This document shows positions 43,782-52,007 of a stretch of 64,000 nucleotides of DNA, piece by piece. The notes beneath the pieces are model-generated. The model ran no database searches, was not told where the DNA came from, and was given only the letters and a program-made list of their open reading frames with translations. Both the position numbers and the translations under genes were made by a program. The DNA comes from a virus (taxonomy: Duplodnaviria > Caudoviricetes): the IMG/VR virus record IMGVR_UViG_3300036803_000075, positions 1-64,000 of that record. One strand, 5' to 3'. Numbering within the stretch: position 1 is the first letter of the stretch; each line of letters starts with the position of its first letter.

Positions 43782-45378
43782 GGACTGGCCCGAGGGGGCG
43801 ATTTATCATTCGCGCCTCGGGCTGTTCGCATTTCAAAACGAAGGTGTAGCCCAGGCGTATCTGCGCCGGCAGGCCATGGTGATTTTCGACCAGGGCCTAG
43901 GAAAAACTCACATCGCCATGAGACTAGCCGCCCTCCTGCGGGAGGATGACGAGCTGTCCACCTGCATGGTGGTCTGCGAACGCAACACTCTGCGGCAGTG
44001 GCGAGACTTCTTCGGCCAGTTCACCAGGCTGGACCCGCTGATCATCCATGGGCCCAAACGCCAGGAGCGACTGGCCAGGTACGTCGCCAGCCAAGGTCGG
44101 CTACCGGACGTGCTTATCAGTACGTACGAGACTCTCCGACTCGACACCACGGTCGCCACTGTCGGCAAGAGCAAACGGACCTCGCGTACGGACGGCTGGC
44201 TGCTGGAACGACTACTCCCGGCGGCCGGCAAGATGCTCCTGGTCTACGACGAAGTTTCCAAGCTTAAGAACCGAAACTCCGCCACCTACAAGGCTCACGA
44301 GCGCACGCTGGTCAGGCTACGGCGGGCGAACAAAGACCTGCGGGTACTGGGGCTGACCGCGACCCCGATCTCCAAGGACCGGGATGACGCCTTCAACGAG
44401 TACCGGCTGGTCTGCCCCGGCTCCATGCCGCCCATCGGGCATTACCAGACCTACTTCCACAAGGGCTACGACCGGTACGGCCGGCCGCGCTGGCATTCCT
44501 TCCGACTGGACGAGTTCGACGCTCTGTGTACGCCCTGGACGATCCGCAAGCGCAAGTCCGATGACGATGTACGGGACCAGTTCCCTGAGCTGGTAGAGCA
44601 GAGCTGGCAGATCGAGATGAAGGACGACCAGAAGCGGCTGTACGAGCTTGTGGAGGACTTGGGGCTCAAGCCGGACAGTTGGCCTGCCGACCGGCCCTGG
44701 GAGCCTCCTGGTGGTCTCTGGACGGTACTACGGCAGGTCGTGGCCCATCCGGCCTCGCTGACACTCTCCGATGGCATCATCTCCCGGCTGATCGTCGAGG
44801 AGCTGGGCGCCGACTACCTGCGGAGCATCTCCTCCACCAAGACCGAGGCCCTGGTGGAGTACCTACGGCCCATCGTGCTCGGCCAGGGCGCCAAGGCGGT
44901 GGTCTTTTCCTTCTTCGGACAGTCGGTTCTGCCCCTGTTGGCCGAGGCGCTGCGCACGGCCAGGATGCTGGTCTTCACCTACCACGGCGGCATGACCGAC
45001 ACAGAGCGTAACCAGGCCATCGCGGCATTCCGCTCTTCAGCTGAGCCGTGCGTCTTCCTCTCATCCGACGCCGGAGCCAGGGGGATCAACCTCCCCGAGG
45101 GCGAGTACGTGATCGAGTACGAGTCGGCCGGCACCCATGAGATTCGGGAGCAGCGGATCAACCGCTGTAGCCGGATCGACGGCACCAAGAAGCTGCTCAC
45201 CGCCATGACGTTCGTGGTGGACGGGACGGTCGAGGTGCCCATCATCAAGAAGATGATCGAGCGCAACCAGGCCCATGACAGTGTCCGGGGAGACCAGGAC
45301 GCCGAGGGTACGTTCATGTCTGCCGAAGAGCGGGCCGAGGTACTCAGACTTTCCTTGATGAGTAGGAGAAAAAGATGA
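43696..45378 (+). CDS. SNF2-family helicase
   Basis: DQGLGKT, YDEV, LTATP, AGARGINL, QRINRCSR; start uncertain. Confidence 0.88.
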   Translation: MMTRAERLAPCPLRFAGNWPLASSPSQPEDWPEGAIYHSRLGLFAFQNEGVAQAYLRRQAMVIFDQGLGKTHIAMRLAALLREDDELSTCMVVCERNTLRQWRDFFGQFTRLDPLIIHGPKRQERLARYVASQGRLPDVLISTYETLRLDTTVATVGKSKRTSRTDGWLLERLLPAAGKMLLVYDEVSKLKNRNSATYKAHERTLVRLRRANKDLRVLGLTATPISKDRDDAFNEYRLVCPGSMPPIGHYQTYFHKGYDRYGRPRWHSFRLDEFDALCTPWTIRKRKSDDDVRDQFPELVEQSWQIEMKDDQKRLYELVEDLGLKPDSWPADRPWEPPGGLWTVLRQVVAHPASLTLSDGIISRLIVEELGADYLRSISSTKTEALVEYLRPIVLGQGAKAVVFSFFGQSVLPLLAEALRTARMLVFTYHGGMTDTERNQAIAAFRSSAEPCVFLSSDAGARGINLPEGEYVIEYESAGTHEIREQRINRCSRIDGTKKLLTAMTFVVDGTVEVPIIKKMIERNQAHDSVRGDQDAEGTFMSAEERAEVLRLSLMSRRKR

Positions 45379-45587
45379 GCCCGACCGTACACTCAGCCGA
45401 CGACGGTTACTACGACCCCTTCGCCGAGATGGACGCCACCAGCGAGCGAAACTGGGTAGCCGATCATCCCGGATACAGCATCCAGACGCCGCCCGGGTTC
45501 CTGAAGATCAACCGGTTTCCGGTCTGCGACCGCTGTGGCTCGCTCGTCGTGAACACGACCAAGCATGACGAGCGCTGCCCTCTCTAG
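45375..45587 (+). CDS. small Zn-binding protein
   Basis: CDRC...H...C; ATGA-coupled. Confidence 0.55.
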   Translation: MSPTVHSADDGYYDPFAEMDATSERNWVADHPGYSIQTPPGFLKINRFPVCDRCGSLVVNTTKHDERCPL

Positions 45588-45645
45588 GCATACTGCCCAA
45601 CATTTTTAGAGGATTGGCTAGACCTGCATCGTTTGAAGTGGTTCA

Positions 45646-47004
45646 ATGGCCGACGTGAGCCACTCTTACGATCAAACTCCGGTAGCCGAGATCGAGCAGG
45701 TTACCCGCATGTTCCACAAGGGTGCGACCATTCGCGTCTTCGTCATAGGCGGAAAGTACTGGTACGCGGCCGTCGACATCGGCAAGGTGCTAGGCATCGG
45801 GCGTAACGGGCCAGAAGTCCGAAGGTACCTGGAGACCGGCTTCATGACCGTCAACCTGACCGGGTTCGCCGAGGCCAACCCGGGTCTGGTGGACCTGGCC
45901 CAGACCAAAAACGGTCTGCTGGTCCTGGTGAACGACCCAGCGGTCGACACCCTCACCCGCTACGGCATGCAAATGGGCCGGTGTGTGGAGAAAGAGGGCT
46001 GGTACATGATGGCGAAAGAGGAGCCTCAACAGCAGGTCATCCAGACCGCAGCCAAGCCGTTGTCGCAGACGCCGGTCACCGAACTCATCGAGCAGGAGGA
46101 GACCACAGAAGAGATCCTCAAAGCTTTCGAACAAGCAGAGAAGGTACACGTGACCATCAGGCCAAAACCGAGACCGCCAAGGAAGGACACCCGCATGCCC
46201 AACAGCCCCATCAGCATCCGTCCGGAGAGGATTAGCCCGGACCAGGCCCGTCGATACCTGGCGGCCAACACCAGCAACCGCAACATCCGCCGTGAGCTGG
46301 TCAAGGTTTATGCCCGCGATATGGCCGAAGGCCGTTGGAAGGACAACGGCGAGACGATCAAGTTCTCCAAGGACGGCGTCCTGATAGACGGCCAGCACCG
46401 GCTGGAGGCCGTCGTCCAGGCCAACGTGACCATCTCCATGGTGGTGGTGCGAGGGCTCAACGCCGACGTACAGGCCACCATCGACGCCGGAGCCAAGCGG
46501 ACCGCAGGCGACGCTCTCAAGCTGCGCGGTGAGATGTACGGGCGCACCCTCGCTGCCGTCGCCCGACGCTGCCTGATCTGGGAGGCCAGCGACCGCAAGG
46601 ACATGGACCCGTCCCATCGGTCGGTTTCCCACCAGGAGGTCATCGATTACGTGGCCGCCCACCCCGACCTGCAGAACGCCACCGACTTCGCCCAGCACAT
46701 CACCGGAAGCCGGCCGGCTCCGTTGTCGGTCATGGGCTTCAGCTACTGGGCGCTCGCACAGATCTCCCAGGATGATGCCGACCTGTTCTTCGAGGGCCTG
46801 ACCACAGGCGTTAACCTGACGCCGGGCAATCCCGTACTGGCGCTGCGGAATCGGCTGCTGGATGTCCGCTACCGCAGGTACTCAGCTCAGGATGACCGAG
46901 AGAAGGTCGCGCTGATCTTCAAGGGCTGGAACTTCTTCCGGGCCGGTCGCCCTGTCCAGATCCTGAAGTTCATGAAGTCCGAGTCCTTCCCCATCCCGAA
47001 GTAA
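45646..47004 (+). CDS. BRO-N-like / ParB-like (DGQHR) protein
   Basis: IRVFVIGGKYWYAAVDIGKVLG (BRO-N like) and LIDGQHRL; possible internal start at 46195. Confidence 0.7.
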   Translation: MADVSHSYDQTPVAEIEQVTRMFHKGATIRVFVIGGKYWYAAVDIGKVLGIGRNGPEVRRYLETGFMTVNLTGFAEANPGLVDLAQTKNGLLVLVNDPAVDTLTRYGMQMGRCVEKEGWYMMAKEEPQQQVIQTAAKPLSQTPVTELIEQEETTEEILKAFEQAEKVHVTIRPKPRPPRKDTRMPNSPISIRPERISPDQARRYLAANTSNRNIRRELVKVYARDMAEGRWKDNGETIKFSKDGVLIDGQHRLEAVVQANVTISMVVVRGLNADVQATIDAGAKRTAGDALKLRGEMYGRTLAAVARRCLIWEASDRKDMDPSHRSVSHQEVIDYVAAHPDLQNATDFAQHITGSRPAPLSVMGFSYWALAQISQDDADLFFEGLTTGVNLTPGNPVLALRNRLLDVRYRRYSAQDDREKVALIFKGWNFFRAGRPVQILKFMKSESFPIPK

Positions 47005-47050
47005 GCCCCCTCTACCCACCGTCCCTTTTCTGCCAGGAAGGCAAACCCTC

Positions 47051-47686
47051 ATGCAGATCACTCGTAAGAAGGTGGCCATCGCGGTCACTGCGGCCGTCAT
47101 TGCCGCCATCGGAATCCTGGCCGGCTGTACCAGCCTGCCGTCAGCCCAGCAGGCCGCCGTCAACCGGTCCCAGACCCGGGCGAACTACGTCCCCAAGAAC
47201 GACGTGGAGGGGCGCAACTACAACGCCCGCCAGCGTCTGGCCGACGACCCCACCGCGATCGTCTGGTGCTCGGTCTACCCGAACAACCAGACGGTCAAGC
47301 CCTACACCGTCCCGATCGCCGGCAAGCTCACCTCGGGCAACAAGCGGCCCTACCCGACGAGCCAGTTCAGCAATGGGACCAACGACAACACCAATAGCCC
47401 CGAGCTGCCCGGCACCGACGGCTTCTACGGCAGCTCCAGTGACTACTCCTACGGCTTCGACCCGGCCGGTGTTTACTGGGAGTTCCACAACGCCGATTTC
47501 ACCTGTACGTCCTCGCCGACCTTGATCCAGAAGAACAGCACCACCTTCTCGGTCACCACCGCACCGGACCAGCTCACGTCAGCGGACCTCCGCGCCGAGG
47601 CGGCCCTCAAGGCCTGCCGGGCGACCAACCCGGACCCGTCCGCTCCGTGCCCGGCCGCCGCACAGATTCTGGGGATCAAGCCGTGA
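47051..47686 (+). CDS. lipoprotein
   Basis: Signal peptide with LAGC lipobox. Confidence 0.75.
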   Translation: MQITRKKVAIAVTAAVIAAIGILAGCTSLPSAQQAAVNRSQTRANYVPKNDVEGRNYNARQRLADDPTAIVWCSVYPNNQTVKPYTVPIAGKLTSGNKRPYPTSQFSNGTNDNTNSPELPGTDGFYGSSSDYSYGFDPAGVYWEFHNADFTCTSSPTLIQKNSTTFSVTTAPDQLTSADLRAEAALKACRATNPDPSAPCPAAAQILGIKP

Positions 47687-48099
47687 GTACTGCCAAAGCG
47701 ATCTTCACCGCGATTGTCAGTCTGCTGGGCATAGCACTCATCCTGGTCGTGTTCGGTTTCTTCGCCGGCTGGTTCCGGGCTGGAGTCGAGGTCATCAGCC
47801 CTGAGAACGTCAAGGCTCAGTACCAGTTCGGCTACAGCTACGACCGTGGCATGGTCGCGCTGGCCGGCACCTGGTGTTCGGCGAAGCAGGCTGAAACGAC
47901 CGAGACGAACCCCGATTACAAGGCCCAGCGGGCCAGCCAGACACTGGCGTACGGCAATCAGTACAGGTCCGTCGAGGCTCAGTACGACGCGGCGATGGCC
48001 AACGCCTTCCAGGCAAAGCACGTCAAGCCCGCAGATCTGCCGCTGGTCGCTCCGACGTTGCCCGAGAGGGTGGCGAGCTTGGGGCTGACCTGCGGATAG
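47683..48099 (+). CDS. membrane-anchored protein
   Basis: GTG start overlapping the lipoprotein stop; N-terminal TM helix. Confidence 0.7.
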   Translation: MSTAKAIFTAIVSLLGIALILVVFGFFAGWFRAGVEVISPENVKAQYQFGYSYDRGMVALAGTWCSAKQAETTETNPDYKAQRASQTLAYGNQYRSVEAQYDAAMANAFQAKHVKPADLPLVAPTLPERVASLGLTCG

Positions 48100-48106
48100 T
48101 AAGACC

Positions 48107-48180
48107 GGGACGGTAGCTCAGTCGGTTAGAGCGGCGCTCTGATAAGGCGCAGGCCGGAGGTTCGATTCCTCCTCGTCCCA
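48107..48180 (+). tRNA. tRNA-Ile(GAT), first element of the repeat array
   Basis: Cloverleaf; GCGCT-CTGATAA-GGCGC anticodon arm. Confidence 0.9.
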
Positions 48181-48680
48181 CGGCTACTCAGGTAGCTCGT
48201 GGCGCGGTTGGGCATGGCACGGCCAGGCGAGGCACGGCCTGGTTTGGCGCGGCGGGGCATGGCTTGGGATTTACCAGGACGACCGGCAGTCTCTGGGGTT
48301 CGAGACCTCAGCGTCCACGCCCACTTTGGTGGGTCATGGTGCGGTCGGGCGTGGCATGGCGTGGCACGGCGTGATGCGGCAAGGCTTGGGATCTACGGGG
48401 TGACTGGCAGCCATCAGGGTTCGAGGCCCTGACATCCACGCTCGCTTTGGGCGGGTCAGGGCATGGCCGGACGCGGTTCGGCACGGTGGGGTGCGGCATG
48501 GCGTGGTGCGGCATGGCTAGGCCTGGCGTGGGATCTACAGCGGCAGTGGCACACGTCCTGGTTCGAGTCCAGGAGCCGCACGCACGGCTCGGCTGGGTCA
48601 GGTGTGGCAGGGCGACGTGTGGCATGGCTGGGAATATACAGCGGCAGATGCGTCCTGGTTCGAATCCGGGAGTCTGCACG
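48181..48680 (+). repeat. GGY-NN pentamer / mini-tRNA array, left arm (4 tracts, 4 mini-tRNAs); putative guide-RNA array
   Basis: Tracts 48201-48265 (13), 48338-48387 (10), 48460-48529 (14), 48586-48630 (9); mini-tRNAs 48277-48317, 48398-48438, 48540-48580, 48641-48678. Confidence 0.9.
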
Positions 48681-48808
48681 CACTACGAAGCTGAGTAGGT
48701 TGGCTAAGCCAACCCCTATCAGCCTAACCACTACTTGACGCAGAGTCGAAAAGGTGATTCCATTCCTCTCGTCATAACCGCCAGAGATCAGGGAGAGGAA
48801 CCCCAAAA

Positions 48809-49414
48809 GTGGCGATCAACGATATGAAGCTAAAACTGACCGGGACGACCCCGGTGCTGTTTCACAACAGCCAGCTCGTCAACCCGTTCAACCCGATCAA
48901 CCGGGAGAAGAAGAAGCTCACGGACAAGCGCACCAAGCAGACCGACGAGGACCGCATCCAGGTCGCTCGGCTGGAATGGACAGGCGGCTGGTACTGGAAC
49001 GACGAGCACGGACCCATCCTGCCGATGATCAACGTCTACGCGGCGCTGCTGAAGGCGGCCAAGAGCACGCGCAACGGTCCTCTGGTCGACAAGGGCGTCA
49101 ACTTCTTGCGCCTGACCGAGCCCCTGCAGTACGACGGCCCCCGTGACCTGGACGGCCTGTGGGGCAACGGCATCGGCGAGGGTGGCGACCACCCCTCTCC
49201 GTACGTCGATTACCAGGCCGTCGGCCAGCAGGCGGTCAAGATCATGCGCTGCCGGCCGAAGCTGAGCGAGTGGGAGCTTGACACCGTCTTCGGAGTGGAC
49301 GACACGGTCATCGATCCCGAGGCGTTCCTCGGATTCATGGCCTACGCTGGCAAGTACATCGGTGTTGGGGACTTCCGTGCTATGTACGGTAAGTTCAGCG
49401 TCAAGGAGGTCTGA
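48809..49414 (+). CDS. stand-alone RAMP/Cas7-like RNA-binding protein (putative effector of the GGY-NN array)
   Basis: KLTGTTPVLFH first strand, PILP motif, RCRP, WEL strand, C-terminal glycine-rich loop AGKYIGVGDFRAMYGKF; embedded in the array. Confidence 0.75.
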   Translation: MAINDMKLKLTGTTPVLFHNSQLVNPFNPINREKKKLTDKRTKQTDEDRIQVARLEWTGGWYWNDEHGPILPMINVYAALLKAAKSTRNGPLVDKGVNFLRLTEPLQYDGPRDLDGLWGNGIGEGGDHPSPYVDYQAVGQQAVKIMRCRPKLSEWELDTVFGVDDTVIDPEAFLGFMAYAGKYIGVGDFRAMYGKFSVKEV

Positions 49415-49415
49415 G

Positions 49416-49970
49416 TTGACTGCTATCTTCGACTCCGAAAACCCGCAGTGGCGGCCGATCTACGACGGTCTTAAGAAGGCCGGTCTCGAATTCGATCGTC
49501 TTTTCAGCTGGGACACACTGAAAGCCATCGCAGGATACGACATCCGGCTGAATCGCAGTGCCTTCTACGCGGCAGTAAAGCAGCTGGAAGAGCACGACAA
49601 GCGTACGTTGGTCAGTGTGTGGGGCAAGGGATATCGCGTGGCTCCAGCGCCCGAGCATCATAAGCTCGGGCTCAAGCACCAGCTCAAGGCCAAGCGTGCC
49701 GTACGGCGCGGCGCGCGCAAGGTCAAGGCGGCTGACACGTCTCATCTCACTGCCGAGCAGATCCACGCCAACGAGCAGCTGATCTTCCGACTCCATCGTC
49801 ACGAAACTCAGCTGATCAACCACGAGACCCGGATCAGCGCACTGGAGAGGGAGACTGGGAAAACTCGCCGTGAGCTGGACGAGTTGAACAAGCAGTCTGA
49901 GCTGGCACGCCGGCTCAAGGCGCTGGGTATCAATGTCCCCAAGAGTGCCCCTGACACCGTCGAGGGGTAA
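49416..49970 (+). CDS. winged-helix plus coiled-coil accessory protein
   Basis: TTG start with AAGGAGG RBS right after the RAMP gene; LVSVWGKGYRV wing motif; C-terminal coiled coil. Confidence 0.7.
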   Translation: MTAIFDSENPQWRPIYDGLKKAGLEFDRLFSWDTLKAIAGYDIRLNRSAFYAAVKQLEEHDKRTLVSVWGKGYRVAPAPEHHKLGLKHQLKAKRAVRRGARKVKAADTSHLTAEQIHANEQLIFRLHRHETQLINHETRISALERETGKTRRELDELNKQSELARRLKALGINVPKSAPDTVEG

Positions 49971-51470
49971 CAGGGCCTGGCCTGGCCGGGTGAGGCGGGA
50001 CGAGGCTAGGTGAGGCGAGGTTCGGCAACGTCGGGCCGGGTAGGGCGAGACTGGGCGCGGCGAGGTCAGGCTGGGTTGGACAAGGAAGCACAAAATGGGT
50101 GACTGGCAGTCTCCGAGGTTCGAGGCCTCGGCACCCACGCTCCTTTCGGGAGTCAAGACGGGGCAGGGCGCGGTGAGGTGTGGCCTGGTGGGGTGAGGCT
50201 TGGCGTGGTGAGGCTTGGGATTTTAAAATGGACGACCGGCAGCCACTAGGGTTCAAGGCCCTAGCGTTCACGCTCACTACGGTGAGTTGAGGCCCGGTTT
50301 GGTACGGCAAGGCGTGACAGGGCATGGCTCGGCCCGGCGAGGTCCGGCGCGGCAGGGCGCGGCATGATTGGGCGCCGTATGCCATGGCAAGGTGAGGCAT
50401 GGCAAGGAATTACAGAGCGAGCGGCACACTTCCGGGTTCGAGTCCTGGACGCTCGCGGCCGTCCTCGGGCGGCTCGTGGCAAGCCTAGGTTGGGTTTGGC
50501 ATGGCAATGTTAGGTAGGGCTCGGCTTGGTCCGGTGCGGCAAAGCGCGGTTAGGTTTGGCATGGCAACAAACTGGGTGAGCGGCACACTCTTCGGTCCGA
50601 GTCCGAAGCACCCACGGCTACTCCGGTAGCTCGTGGCTTGGTGCGGCGCGGCAGCGCATGGTTGGGCCTGGCATGGCAGGGAATTTACTGAGCGGATGGT
50701 CGTACGGGAGGTTCGACTCCTCTTGCGTTCACGCCCTCTTTGGGGGTCAGGGCACGGCTAGGCTGGGCGCGGTAGGGCTGGGTACGATTCGGTCTGGCGG
50801 GGCAAGGCTTGGGATATACCAGTGCGAATGGCATACCTCTCGGTTCGAGTCTGAGACGCTCACGCTCTCTTCGAGAGTCAGGGCAGGGCGACGCCAGGCA
50901 TGGTTAAGTTGGGTGCGGCTGGACGCGGTGCGGCAAGGTTTGACTTGACGTGGCAAGGCGAGGCAGAGCTGGGTCAGGCAGGGCAGCAACAACACTGTGT
51001 CGACGGTCTTCGAGAGGGTTCGACTCCCTCTGACACGCGCTCTCTTCGAGAGTCAGGGCGGGGCTAGGCAGGGCAACGTATGGCCCGGCGCGGTAAGGCT
51101 TGGCTAGGTTGGGTTGGGTCCGGTGGAGTGTGGCTAGGTATGGAGTGCCGACGGTCTGCGAGGAGGTTCGACTCCTTCTGGCACACGCTCTCTTCGGAGA
51201 GGCGGGGCTAGGTGCGGCGTGGCTTGGTGGGGCACGGTGCGGTCAGGCCGGGCATGACAAGGATCAAAAATCTGGACGAGCAGCACACTTCTGGGTGCGA
51301 GTCCCAGACGCCCACGCTCACTCCAGTGAGTACGTGGCCAGGCGTGGCATGGTAGGGCACGGTCCGGCTGGGTCGGGCGCGGTAGGGCTAGGCACTGGGC
51401 ATGGTTTGGTACGCCTAGGTGAGATGTGGCATGGCTTGGTATGGCAGGGATCTGTTAAAATCCCTGCCAT
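49971..51470 (+). repeat. GGY-NN pentamer / mini-tRNA array, right arm (10 tracts, 9 mini-tRNAs); putative guide-RNA array
   Basis: Tracts of 22, 12, 23, 18, 9, 12, 21, 17, 12 and 22 pentamers separated by ~41-nt acceptor+T-arm mimics and short hairpins; ends in an ATGGCAGGGA/TCCCTGCCAT hairpin. Confidence 0.9.
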
Positions 51471-51819
51471 GAGCACCTGAAGAGATCGAAAGCCAGCGCT
51501 GTCCGTCACCAAGGACGATTGTGAATGGCAGTATTTTCGAGCCGGCGGCCCTGGCGGTCAGCATCAAAACAAGACCTCGTCCGGGGCTCGGGTGATCCAC
51601 CATCCGTCCGGCGCCCGTGGCGAGTCCCGGGAGGAGCGCAGTCAGCTCCAAAACCGTAAGGCTGCCTGGCGCCGGATGGTGGCCGATCCGAAGTTCAAGA
51701 TCTGGATCAACACCCAGCTTTATGGTCTCGAGCTGGCGGAATCCAAGGTCGCCAGGGACATGGCGGAGAAGAACATCCGGGTCGAAGTCAAGAAAGACGG
51801 GAAATGGATATGCCAGTAG
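51469..51819 (+). CDS. class I release-factor-like (GGQ, ArfB/PrfH-like) peptidyl-tRNA hydrolase with in-frame UGA at codon 4
   Basis: ATG AGC ACC TGA, then in-frame ...FRAGGPGGQHQNKTSSGARVIHHPSG...ERSQLQNR. Confidence 0.75.
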
Positions 51820-52007
51820 AAGTGCAAGGCTGCCGAACCGAAGACGACCCCGAGGGGATGTTGCACTTCAAGGATGGCAATGACCCCAACTTGTATGCGT
51901 ACTGTGGCGTTCGGGTCCAAATCATGACCAGCAATTGGCTTCTAGCCAATTGCTGTCCTATTTGCGAGGCGAAACGTCTTACGGTCTATAAGGAGCAGAA
52001 GATCTAG
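51804..52007 (+). CDS. small Cys-rich protein
   Basis: ORF overlapping the end of the RF-like gene. Confidence 0.45.
   Translation: MDMPVEVQGCRTEDDPEGMLHFKDGNDPNLYAYCGVRVQIMTSNWLLANCCPICEAKRLTVYKEQKI

Noticed and set aside
48277-51314. Mini-tRNAs as ordinary or pseudo tRNA genes
   Set aside because: They lack D and anticodon arms yet have uniform length and conserved pairing, which fits processing signals rather than decay
48181-51470. Canonical CRISPR array or simple microsatellite
   Set aside because: There are no identical direct repeats with unique contiguous spacers, and NN positions are diverse rather than homogenised. G-quadruplex formation is possible but does not explain the strict phase or the invariant pyrimidine
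48199-51512. Short ORFs over the repeat tracts (e.g. 48199-48432, 48447-48698, 50658-50948, 51100-51480 and antisense ones)
   Set aside because: Low-complexity translations (ARLGMAR, PHLAMP) are by-products of the pentamer repeat; the 5-nt period and conserved RNA structures indicate non-coding function
51592-51819. RF-like gene starting at GTG 51592, as in the ORF track
   Set aside because: This start omits the catalytic GGQ motif, which lies upstream in the same frame
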